Assembly: GCA_937897365.1 (NCBI GenBank)
Contig: CALCOP010000094.1
Coordinates: 1-37,394 of the forward strand
Direction of reading: 5' to 3'
DNA length: 37,394 bases
From: an uncultured euryarchaeote
Lineage (GTDB): Archaea; Thermoplasmatota; Poseidoniia; Poseidoniales; Poseidoniaceae
Both the position numbers and the translations under genes were made by a program. Positions within the stretch are counted from its first letter, which is position 1; each line of letters opens with the position of its first letter. The notes under the pieces were generated by a model that saw nothing but the letters and a program-made list of their open reading frames with translations, did not search any database and had not been told where the DNA came from. This document shows, piece by piece, positions 20,801 through 28,390 of the stretch.

Positions 20801-21611
20801 ATGAATTAGGATTGCTGGATTGCCACACAGTATGTTGAGGAACCCAAGACGGGAGCGTGTCTTGTGTCACATAGTCCCAGTCTCCATCGAGCAAATATGA
20901 ACCGTGGTGACCGAGTCGGAACGACCCAGGCACACATAACTGGTGCACAGGTCGTTGTTGAGCAATGCATTGAAGGAAAGTCCGTTCTACTTCAGTAAAA
21001 TCAGGTGCAGAATCGAGAACGAATATTCCTTCTACATCATGAAGAGTAAAAGGCAGGTGTTCTGCTTTACCAATCTGTTGTATGAGTGATTGCAAAGCAT
21101 GGTGTGGGTGAGTGCCACCGAGTTGTTCTCCAACTTTTTTCAGAATGAAATCAAACTGTTGAGCACCAGGGTCTTCATCCCAGACCCAAGGTTCATTCAG
21201 TTCAGTCAGTGAACGATGGAGAGACAAGAGCCTCTCTGTCTGATAAGCGGTCCATTGTCGCTGTGCTTGTGGGGCAAACAGTAACGGCAATTCACCGGAC
21301 TCTGCAGCGCTCTTCGTGCGATTGTGAATCGAGAGAAAGAGCCCTGTACTGTTCGAAAGAAGTGGTGGGAGGCCGAGATCAAGAATCATAAGAGGAATGA
21401 GACGTTGTAAGGTAAGGTGGTGCGTTGTGTCAACGGGGACATTTAATTGAGCAAGGCGGTGAAGTATCTGGCTTCTACTGCCTTCATTTGGATAAAGAAA
21501 AAGATGATTGTCGCAGTCACCACTGCACAATGCGTCGAATAACCAAGCAGGGATATTGTCTCCTGAAGCAACCGCTTCAATCGAAATATCTCCACCTTCA
21601 TGGCCAGTCAT
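17880..21611 (-). CDS. addB: AddB-like partner: degenerate helicase scaffold with C-terminal PD-(D/E)XK nuclease
   Basis: WSPSRIQSWLECP, RGTILH, IRGRIDRVD, IRDLKT, QLALYA; no Walker A seen; TAATG stop/start overlap with addA. Confidence 0.75.
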   Translation of the reverse strand: MTGHEGGDISIEAVASGDNIPAWLFDALCSGDCDNHLFLYPNEGSRSQILHRLAQLNVPVDTTHHLTLQRLIPLMILDLGLPPLLSNSTGLFLSIHNRTKSAAESGELPLLFAPQAQRQWTAYQTERLLSLHRSLTELNEPWVWDEDPGAQQFDFILKKVGEQLGGTHPHHALQSLIQQIGKAEHLPFTLHDVEGIFVLDSAPDFTEVERTFLQCIAQQRPVHQLCVPGSFRLGHHGSYLLDGDWDYVTQDTLPSWVPQHTVWQSSNPNSWRSSRSIERGTTYHRVNVRRRNHCIDAAFEILHAYSQSSNGEVLIIDGSADSNRKVWSSRLQSLGYLTGTEQQLLTEIPALAGLAQIMRIGDGLEAWSIEKLRSLFEHQSIPLPNGGVDEILHPSEENWRPQPHIHVLENIARSFHVRGGQGALRRWLATLSQATPQLGGNRERSLRELEETQWWLRCIAEMWYPLLETPTQEVLESELFGCSSGEKLPLPPRPKDGFHWLDRVLSQLDWSSLSNRTAGFDRSIAGLQHLRESHKLTVKILEKVGLEPPSRGQDFFSYFDHLLQLTKVPRSRSKGKQIQILSPEQAQGVEADLILLVGLDVGSWPMKSSNVPWLDAPAKLRLGMLHSDLTIRKGRHHLRHLLNAASTVIIFDTSMEEGGGPSAPLAEWFTELRQTGEIISLQAAPNFIPEAAHQSGNPHRSWHWTSDQFGGAWLTPRPFTMTAKNGAIFGERAGHRGRDERQRLGLALKDGSQVSGSVLSMNGVAMAHEVPLQIDRVHRQPTHKNLGKNEYLPWSLRKNLVSTDGLVLRPKKGQVSLGSNEHGEWPHLGMKGSRSTGPAIDPRPLPAYDTQSEILNSVMGFSSPIEVDVWSPSRIQSWLECPRLSWMKNHLKVQPQDSQSEDLDNRTRGTILHDSEAALLRAHGVPTASAPVSSPSPLLSGSIDQLWLSILQYLEDEVPWLTRNDAVAVHRCREMLGVTPDVWRSYLEGEVEISIGGRVGRMLMADFSLTHAAPIACEFGIGLDGNQPVVLDACNDEGEPSPFKIRGRIDRVDEVVLEPEMLAQAIADGVLSASSVSDPMSLSDNPLPPANRLVVIRDLKTINGPKSGDRGNRHRRGLFDEVQLALYARAWELHHPGDRVVGIGVTEIGESTEHYLEIDESVAHYLENSDLGERTSSSQQLYRFPNSTSSVQNGFRALIAERLRTSSRAIDTARNGLVNATPGRHYSYNSIRHVYPDMFGGNS

Positions 21612-21740
21612 TTGCGTCGCCTCAACCTCACCACAATAGTCGACTGTTCTTGAAGGCTCTCGGCATATTTCCTGGAAAAAGGAATGTACTTTTTACGGAA
21701 AGTCGGTTTTTGGGCGATTTTGTGAAGTTTTCTTGCTTTC

Positions 21741-21749
21741 TTTATATAC
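21741..21749. promoter_or_regulatory. TATA-box candidate TTTATATAC in the divergent addB / TFB-like intergenic region
   Basis: Matches the archaeal TTTAWATA consensus; direction of use is ambiguous. Confidence 0.45.
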
Positions 21750-21853
21750 TGTGGAAGTGAATAGTAGTCGTGGTTCCCAAACATGAAGCATTCTTGTTCC
21801 GTGAAAAATACTCATGATGACCGAAAGTTTCAAATATTGGGCCTTACCATATA

Positions 21854-21940
21854 GATACGTTGGGCGGCAAAAACCGGCTGTAATGTTCATTTCGCCTCTG
21901 GCGGACGGTCCATAACACCGGCGGAAACCGCTCACGAATC
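21854..21940 (+). ncRNA. Long imperfect stem-loop upstream of the TFB-like gene (structured leader or sRNA candidate)
   Basis: Nested pairings by eye: GATaCGT/ACGaATC, GGGCGG/CCGCTC, CCGG(c)TGTaATG/CATaACACCGG, TTCGCC-tct-GGCGGA. Confidence 0.4.
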
Positions 21941-21965
21941 CACAACAAGAAGGGAGTTTATTAAG

Positions 21966-23177
21966 ATGAAAGATAACAAGACAGGAAAAAAGCAAGAACT
22001 GACACAATGCGACGAGTGCTGCAGCAAAGAGCTGAAGAACGTACCCGAAAAGGGCGAAGTATGGTGTCTCGACTGCGGCCTTGTACACAAGAGTCAAGAA
22101 ATCGATGCGAACGACAACGGAGCCATCCTCTTTGGAGAGAATGCGCATTATCAGGCAATCCGAAACGATGCTGACCGTAATCGCATGATGGGTAATACTG
22201 GACCGAAGATGAAGTTCGGCTCTGCTGGCGTCAAAGACCGTCGCAAGTACTACTTGCTCGAGAAGATTGACCGCAGTTCTGTCCGCAACCCTCACCCTTT
22301 CGCCCGCAGAGTCAAAACGGTGATAGAAACATTGTATGGTCGTCATGCATTGCATATTCTGGAATACTTGGTTGAGATGTCTTGCAAACCATTATCTGCA
22401 GAGCAAGAGGCAATCCGTAAGAAGCAGGGCAAGTCAATGTACACACGCCTTGGTATGCCAAAGCAATCCATCTGCCGCAAGAAGAAAGGCATCAAAGGAA
22501 GTTCTGATGAACAAAACGCTGTCATCATTGCGGCTGCAATTGTTGAACTTGGCGGTGAAATTGGAATCATGCCTAAGTTTGACCGTCGTGCTACCATGGA
22601 ACAAAACGGTATCGTTCCGAAGCAAATCATGAATGCACGAATACGTATCCTGTCCCACTGGAAGGCACGCGTATCAATGGGTTGGGCTGCAATGCCCCCA
22701 CGAAAGAATGCGGACGATCGTCGCGAAGACGCCATTGTTCAAGCAATGGAACACATTTTTGACATGCTTGGAGACTACCTTGATGTCGCTGATTTTGAGC
22801 AGGTACTGTACGAAACTGAGGCACGACTGGCATTACTTCAGGAAGGAACAGGTGAAGCACTATCGATTAACATCGAAGAGCGTATGCTGGTATCGGTTGC
22901 CGTATATGCAAGCCTCACATCATTCGGCCTCCAGTCTGGAGCTGCTGACCTGCTCGCTGATGTCTTTGGCCTTACCAGCAGTGGCATACGTTCACGCTTT
23001 GACGCACTCGTGAAAGAATCTGAATCGGGAAAGTTCATCGATAACGGTGCCTTTGACATGACCGTTACTTGCGCTGAACAAATCAATGAGTCGCAGAAGC
23101 AGAATGCCTTGATAGCCAAGTTCCGCTTGGCCAGAGTATGCGCGAAGCAAAACTCCTCATCGCAATCCTCATCCTAA
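21966..23177 (+). CDS. Highly diverged transcription factor B (TFIIB)-like protein
   Basis: N-terminal Zn ribbon CDECC...GEVWCLDCGLV...EID; two cyclin-like repeat ends (AVIIAAAIVEL...PKQIMNAR; LVSVAVYASL...LADVFGLTSSGIRSRF); AGGGAG RBS. Confidence 0.7.
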   Translation: MKDNKTGKKQELTQCDECCSKELKNVPEKGEVWCLDCGLVHKSQEIDANDNGAILFGENAHYQAIRNDADRNRMMGNTGPKMKFGSAGVKDRRKYYLLEKIDRSSVRNPHPFARRVKTVIETLYGRHALHILEYLVEMSCKPLSAEQEAIRKKQGKSMYTRLGMPKQSICRKKKGIKGSSDEQNAVIIAAAIVELGGEIGIMPKFDRRATMEQNGIVPKQIMNARIRILSHWKARVSMGWAAMPPRKNADDRREDAIVQAMEHIFDMLGDYLDVADFEQVLYETEARLALLQEGTGEALSINIEERMLVSVAVYASLTSFGLQSGAADLLADVFGLTSSGIRSRFDALVKESESGKFIDNGAFDMTVTCAEQINESQKQNALIAKFRLARVCAKQNSSSQSSS

Positions 23178-24094
23178 CTTCGTTAAGTTCTGGAATTACT
23201 GTTGCTGCACCAGCAACTGCAACACCTGAAGAAACGGGACCACTCTTCGGCGGTCAGTCATTTGATGCAAACCTGACAGGTACGACCACCGTTAATCTCA
23301 GCGACTTACCACCGATTGCAGAAGTCTATACCGCAACCTGGTGTTCGAATTGTGTTGATGTTGAGCATGCTCTTGAAAACATCGAGAACGAAACTCACCT
23401 TCAGCAATATCACATCCATCGTGCCATAAATGAGGCTCAAGACCCGCTTGGAAGTATTGAAATTGATCAACGAGTCCATGACAGATATGGTATACATGCC
23501 CCTCCTATGGTCATCATAAACGGCTCCCTGATGAAAGTTGGTAGCGTCACAGATTATGACTCACTTGAAAGTGAATTTACCGATATGACGCAAACGATGG
23601 ACACCTTCGGTCTTGGAAACCCCATGAACGGTACATCGATCTTCTCGTGGAATCCAACCAGTGCTACAACTGGCATGGTGTCTTGGGCATTGGAATTGAA
23701 TGGGCATTCACTTGACTCAAATACATCACATACGCTCTCTGCCTATGCATGGATTGTCGAACATTCAGCCAAATTCGAAGAAGGGACCAACGGATTAGGT
23801 GACTATCCTGATGTGGTTCGCGGAATTATCGAAGTGGGCAACATTACAATTGATTCCGGACAAATAATTGGCTCTGGCAATACGGAGATCTCCCTACCTG
23901 CAGCATATGACGGAAATGATTTGTCGGTTCATCTCATCTACCAATTCAACACACCAGTCGAAGAGCCTCTTGAAGAAGATCAAGAAGAATGTCTCATTCC
24001 AGAGGGCTGTGAAGAAGATGAAAGTCTTCCGGCAACTTCGCTCATAGCGAGCCTATGTGTTGTTCTTGGAGCAGCTCTGAGCCGCAAAAAGTGA
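23138..24094 (+). CDS. Exported thioredoxin-fold protein with C-terminal PGF-CTERM-like membrane anchor
   Basis: Signal peptide, EVYTATWCSNC, cis-Pro region APPMVIING, terminal SLPATSL-TM-RKK. Confidence 0.75.
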   Translation: MREAKLLIAILILTSLSSGITVAAPATATPEETGPLFGGQSFDANLTGTTTVNLSDLPPIAEVYTATWCSNCVDVEHALENIENETHLQQYHIHRAINEAQDPLGSIEIDQRVHDRYGIHAPPMVIINGSLMKVGSVTDYDSLESEFTDMTQTMDTFGLGNPMNGTSIFSWNPTSATTGMVSWALELNGHSLDSNTSHTLSAYAWIVEHSAKFEEGTNGLGDYPDVVRGIIEVGNITIDSGQIIGSGNTEISLPAAYDGNDLSVHLIYQFNTPVEEPLEEDQEECLIPEGCEEDESLPATSLIASLCVVLGAALSRKK

Positions 24095-24096
24095 TT

Positions 24097-26481
24097 TTAC
24101 GGGAAGAAACCGTTTCGGCCATCTCGTGGGTTCTGGTCTCGCAGGTCTTGTTCAAGTTCCCAGCGGAATTCAAAAGGCGCTGCAACCATCGGCGCTTCAA
24201 GTATTTCGGCATAATGCCACCACCATGGAGGTGCCCCTCGTGCACCAAGGTCTTGTTGAGTCCTGTTAAGCAAGAGGGTGAGGTCTCTACGCGCATTGTT
24301 ACGTGGATAGTCGCGCCGGACGAACTGGATGATGTTTTCATGCTGACTGTGTTCGACATATCCCAATAGCAATGAAAATCTTCGAATCATTCTGCGCTCC
24401 TGTGCGGTTCGAATAGTCACTGCGAGATGGCAGTGTTCAAAGGTTAGATTGCCACCATCGAATACAGCCATTCTGAATGTGGCTCCAATTGGGTGATGCA
24501 TGAGCGCCTCCCAAATCCGAGGGAAAACCTCGCAGTATCTTCGCTCACCGTTGCGTATGTCGCCAATCGGAAACTCGTTTTGATCTCGCCCGGGGTTACG
24601 AATAAACATCCACTCATTTCTTCCGCGCACCTCATTATACAAATTGTGAATATTTGGTTCCCGGTTATCTGACAGCATTTCATCAAAGGATTTGTGCCAG
24701 AGTTCGATAAATTGCGGATGAGGTAAAGCAGCATCCGCAGCTAAAGCGTGTTCAACCAACATCTCAGTACGATACGTGCGGGTCGCTCTGTTATTGTCTG
24801 CACCTTGCTGCCACATTCGCCGGTTTTGAGCATGGTTTCTGCGGAAAAGATGCATCATGTTTCGGCGCATCATGAACTCTCCCTGGTTATTCACGTCTCG
24901 TGTTCTGCTTTGTGGCAACCAGCGTATGTGTTCAAATTCTCTGGAATGGCTCTCACGGACGATTCGTTCAAGCAGCTGCACATCGTTTTGGTTGAGGAAA
25001 CGAAGATGTTTTTCGGTCGCTCTGGGTGGGAACCCTAATGGAGAATTTTGAGAGACATGGTGGCGAAGGCTGTCTATTTGCGCCGATGTGTTGATGTCGT
25101 CAAGTAACGACAGGATGACTGAAACGAGGGTATCTCCAAGTGGAACGGTCGAGTGAAAGTTTCCATCGTGAATACAAATGGGATGGGTAATTCGTGATTC
25201 AAGGGAATCGATAGATTCTATGATAAATGGGGCATTGTGAGCACCTCTACCGATTCGGACATCGTAGAAATGCCCTAAACGGCCAATGACGAGAATGTGT
25301 TCATCATGAACGAATACACGGTCTGGATTGCTATCGATAACCTCTCGCAAAAATTGTATTGAACGTCGCAATGGTGCGGATATCTGGACTTGGTTTATCT
25401 CATGACAGGACCAGTTACACTGCAGAGCATAGAGAAGTTCACCTGCGTTTGAAGTGAGAGGGGACAGAGCACTTGCAAGTAAGAAGGCCCAAATCCCTGG
25501 ATCTTCGGGGACAGAAGTTTTTCGTGTTGCATTGTTCTTTGAACGGACTAGAATTTTGAGTTTGTCGCCAACGATGACGAACGGCCACATCTGTTCAGAA
25601 TTGTTCTGCGTAGTTGCCAAATAAGAATACCACCGTTCAAGCCATGGAAATCCATTCAATCTTTCAAGCCCAGATGGATGTTCTTTGAAAGCATCACTGA
25701 GAAATTCCTCAAATTTATCTCGAGAAACCTTCCCTAAACGGTCGCGCACATCCCGAGCCCAAACCCCTATTGGATTAAGAGAATAGTTTTCTGGAGGTGT
25801 AAGATGTTCCTCTGCCATCCATTGAATCCAAGTAAAAAGTGCCGATGCTCCGGGTTTCTGAAGAGAGGGACGGAAATTGCGGCGGCGAAAATGCCTCGGA
25901 GCTCTCGCACGATCGACAAGAGCGATATTCTTGGTATTCAGACAACCAAAGGCTACGAAGAGTTTTGACAAATCCCACCCCATGCGCGCTGACTTTGATG
26001 CAAGAATATTGAGCATAGATACGAGTGGAATTGCAGCAGGCATGGTTCTTCCATTGACAAGGATGTCTTTGCCGACAAAAGAAATTTGCACGCCATCATG
26101 CAACAGGAACCCACTCACAAGGTGGAGGCGTTGTAAGGTTGTAAGGCGAACACCGTCAGATATTCGCTTACTGATAATCTTCAGTTCTGCAACAGAACAA
26201 GGCGAAGATAGTACGGGGTCGATTGTTTCATCATCCAATTTCGCCCATTCAACATCAGGCATTGCAGACGTATTTGTTTTGAGGTTACGCCAGCGTTGCT
26301 GGGATGTTTGATGCGCACCACCGAGAAGTTCTCGTGCGCGTTGATGTGCTGAATTTGGGACATTATATGCCCATTTTTTCTTTTTGTTATTCACAGTAAT
26401 TGAGGAACAGAGCCGACAAGGACTTTCCGTTGCTTGATGCTCACAAATCTCACAAACTGTTGATTGAGAGCGTCTCGCCAT
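24097..26481 (-). CDS. Large (794 aa) hypothetical cytoplasmic protein with N-terminal CxxC..CxxC finger
   Basis: Long ORF. Start at ATG 26481 avoids overlap with ltaE and sits 21 nt after a TATATA; CEIC...CRLC. Confidence 0.75.
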   Translation of the reverse strand: MARRSQSTVCEICEHQATESPCRLCSSITVNNKKKKWAYNVPNSAHQRARELLGGAHQTSQQRWRNLKTNTSAMPDVEWAKLDDETIDPVLSSPCSVAELKIISKRISDGVRLTTLQRLHLVSGFLLHDGVQISFVGKDILVNGRTMPAAIPLVSMLNILASKSARMGWDLSKLFVAFGCLNTKNIALVDRARAPRHFRRRNFRPSLQKPGASALFTWIQWMAEEHLTPPENYSLNPIGVWARDVRDRLGKVSRDKFEEFLSDAFKEHPSGLERLNGFPWLERWYSYLATTQNNSEQMWPFVIVGDKLKILVRSKNNATRKTSVPEDPGIWAFLLASALSPLTSNAGELLYALQCNWSCHEINQVQISAPLRRSIQFLREVIDSNPDRVFVHDEHILVIGRLGHFYDVRIGRGAHNAPFIIESIDSLESRITHPICIHDGNFHSTVPLGDTLVSVILSLLDDINTSAQIDSLRHHVSQNSPLGFPPRATEKHLRFLNQNDVQLLERIVRESHSREFEHIRWLPQSRTRDVNNQGEFMMRRNMMHLFRRNHAQNRRMWQQGADNNRATRTYRTEMLVEHALAADAALPHPQFIELWHKSFDEMLSDNREPNIHNLYNEVRGRNEWMFIRNPGRDQNEFPIGDIRNGERRYCEVFPRIWEALMHHPIGATFRMAVFDGGNLTFEHCHLAVTIRTAQERRMIRRFSLLLGYVEHSQHENIIQFVRRDYPRNNARRDLTLLLNRTQQDLGARGAPPWWWHYAEILEAPMVAAPFEFRWELEQDLRDQNPRDGRNGFFP

Positions 26482-26500
26482 AGCGTGAATCGTCTGCGAG

Positions 26501-26510
26501 AATATATAAC
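26501..26510 (-). promoter_or_regulatory. TATA box (TTATATAT) for a probably leaderless transcript of the 794-aa gene
   Basis: TATATA 21 nt upstream of ATG; no RBS. Confidence 0.55.
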
Positions 26511-26512
26511 TC

Positions 26513-27553
26513 TCACAAAGTTGCAAATGTTTCGATAATTCGCTGAATGTCCTCATCTGTGATGTGCAAATGAACCACGATTCTGCATGCGTGAGGTTGG
26601 ATATCCATGACATCAATGCCAGAACTTTGTAATTTTTTCATAACCTGAGTTGCAGGTATTTCGGATTGGAAATAAACCATGTTGGTTTCGACTGTGTCCA
26701 TATCGACATCGAATCCATCAATTTCCTGAATCGCCTCAGCGAGCTTCTTTGTTCGACGATGGTCGTCTTCAAGCCGTTGAATATTGTTGTCAAGAGCATA
26801 CAAACAAGCAGCTGCTAATATTCCAGATTGCCTCATACCACCGCCAAACATCTTTCTCCAACGATGTGCACGAGCGATGAAAGTTGAAGAGCCAACCAAG
26901 ACTGAACCTACTGGAGCACCAAGCCCTTTTGAAAAACAAATCGAAACCGAATCATAGTCTCGAACCATACGATCGACTGGTGTTTTGGTCGCAATAGCGG
27001 CATTAAAAATTCGGGCGCCATCCATATGGGTTGCACAATCATTGGCTTTGGCAAGTGCTGCAATTTGGTCCAGTGTCTCTTGAGAGTAACACGCACCACC
27101 ACCGCGATTTGACGTGTTTTCGACGCAAACAAGTGAACCATCGGGGTAATGGGATAGTGAACCTGCCTGCTTTCGTATAGCATTCTCTACATCTTCAACT
27201 CGCATCAAACCTCCATGCACGTCAACTAAGGCAATTGAAGCACCGCACAGGGCAGCATAACCTCCGCCTTCATAGAGATAAATATGGCTGTTTTTGGCAG
27301 TGATAATCTCATCGCCAGGCGAGGTGTGCGCTCGTAGTGCAATCGCATTTGACATGGTCCCGGAGGGGACAAAAAGACCGGCTTCTTTCCCACACATTTC
27401 TGCGAGTCGCTGCTCAAGAAGTGTGACTGTTGGGTCATCACCGAGAACATCATCACCAACCGCAGCCAAATTCATTGCTGCTCGCATTTCAGGAGTAGGT
27501 TGAGTGACGGTGTCTGAACGCAAATCAACACGGTCCGATGAGTAGTCTCGCAT
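26513..27553 (-). CDS. ltaE: Low-specificity L-threonine aldolase
   Basis: DLRSDTVTQPT, GDDVLGDDPT, SGTMSN, VENT, HMDGARIFNA, CFSKGLGAPVGS, RKMFGGGMRQSG. Confidence 0.93.
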   Translation of the reverse strand: MRDYSSDRVDLRSDTVTQPTPEMRAAMNLAAVGDDVLGDDPTVTLLEQRLAEMCGKEAGLFVPSGTMSNAIALRAHTSPGDEIITAKNSHIYLYEGGGYAALCGASIALVDVHGGLMRVEDVENAIRKQAGSLSHYPDGSLVCVENTSNRGGGACYSQETLDQIAALAKANDCATHMDGARIFNAAIATKTPVDRMVRDYDSVSICFSKGLGAPVGSVLVGSSTFIARAHRWRKMFGGGMRQSGILAAACLYALDNNIQRLEDDHRRTKKLAEAIQEIDGFDVDMDTVETNMVYFQSEIPATQVMKKLQSSGIDVMDIQPHACRIVVHLHITDEDIQRIIETFATL

Positions 27554-27596
27554 ACCACTCGCAAAGCGCCTCTCTTCATCAAATCGATGGAAGTGC

Positions 27597-28013
27597 TTAG
27601 AGCAACTTCAAATGGCCTGTGACCTGTTCAAGGAGAGGTTCTGTATCGGGTCCGAGCGCCAGTACCGTAAGAGAGCCGGCGGGTATTTGCGTATGTCCGG
27701 CATCACGAACGAGTGTCGTGGAAATTCCTGCTGCTTTCGCTTGCTTTTCGAGTTCTAAAAGATGATCTGCATCAAGAGCTTTGAGACAGACTTTCTTCTG
27801 ACCAGTAGCAAGCCATTGCTCAAGGTACAATGGCTTTTCAGCACCTGCTTGCATTGTTGCCATGACAGCACCATGACCTACTTGTGCAGCAATTTTACCC
27901 TTGCCCATTTTCAATTGGTGGTTGACGATACAGACCATTTTACAAGGTGCATCAGGGAAATTACCCGAGACAGTTGGCGCAGTAATTCTATGAAGAAATG
28001 AACGGAATCCCAT
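27597..28013 (-). CDS. pth2: Peptidyl-tRNA hydrolase Pth2 (copy 2, with N-terminal extension)
   Basis: LKMGKGKIAAQVGHG, GQKKVCL, DAGHTQIPAGSLTVLALGP, TGHLKLL. Confidence 0.9.
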   Translation of the reverse strand: MGFRSFLHRITAPTVSGNFPDAPCKMVCIVNHQLKMGKGKIAAQVGHGAVMATMQAGAEKPLYLEQWLATGQKKVCLKALDADHLLELEKQAKAAGISTTLVRDAGHTQIPAGSLTVLALGPDTEPLLEQVTGHLKLL

Positions 28014-28021
28014 AGCAGCAC

Positions 28022-28390
28022 CTAGTAAGGTTTCAATTCCGAAACTAAAGCATCGATTGCTCGACGAGGTGCGGGACCAATACCGAGAACTGTGACTGTT
28101 CCGGGTGGTATTTCGGTATGGCCTGCATCTTTTACCAAATATGTAACGAGTCCAGCAACTTGTGCCTGACCCGCAAGTCGTTGAAGAGTTGCTAAGTCTT
28201 CTGCACGCAAACAGACCTTACGAGCACCTGCATTTCTCCAGCGTTCGACAAGACGAGCGTGGGACTTACGAGCATTCAGAGTGCAAGAAACAGCAGCGTG
28301 AGAACACTGAACTGCGAGTTTTCCTGCTGACATCTTTAAATCATGCCGGGCGACAAGAACCATCGTTGGCTCGTCAACCATCGATGCCAT
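28022..28390 (-). CDS. pth2: Peptidyl-tRNA hydrolase Pth2 (copy 1)
   Basis: RHDLKMSAGKLAVQCSHAA, GARKVCL, DAGHTEIPPGTVTVLGIGP. Confidence 0.9.
   Translation of the reverse strand: MASMVDEPTMVLVARHDLKMSAGKLAVQCSHAAVSCTLNARKSHARLVERWRNAGARKVCLRAEDLATLQRLAGQAQVAGLVTYLVKDAGHTEIPPGTVTVLGIGPAPRRAIDALVSELKPY

Noticed and set aside
21693..22355. 220-aa minus-strand ORF
   Set aside because: Antisense to the TFB-like gene, no recognisable motifs; a shadow ORF.
21612..26512. Integrated mobile element or provirus around the TFB-like and orphan genes
   Set aside because: No integrase, tRNA target, terminal repeats or virion genes seen.
26482..26616. N-terminal extension of the 839-aa ORF call
   Set aside because: Overlaps ltaE. 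TATA spacing supports ATG 26481.
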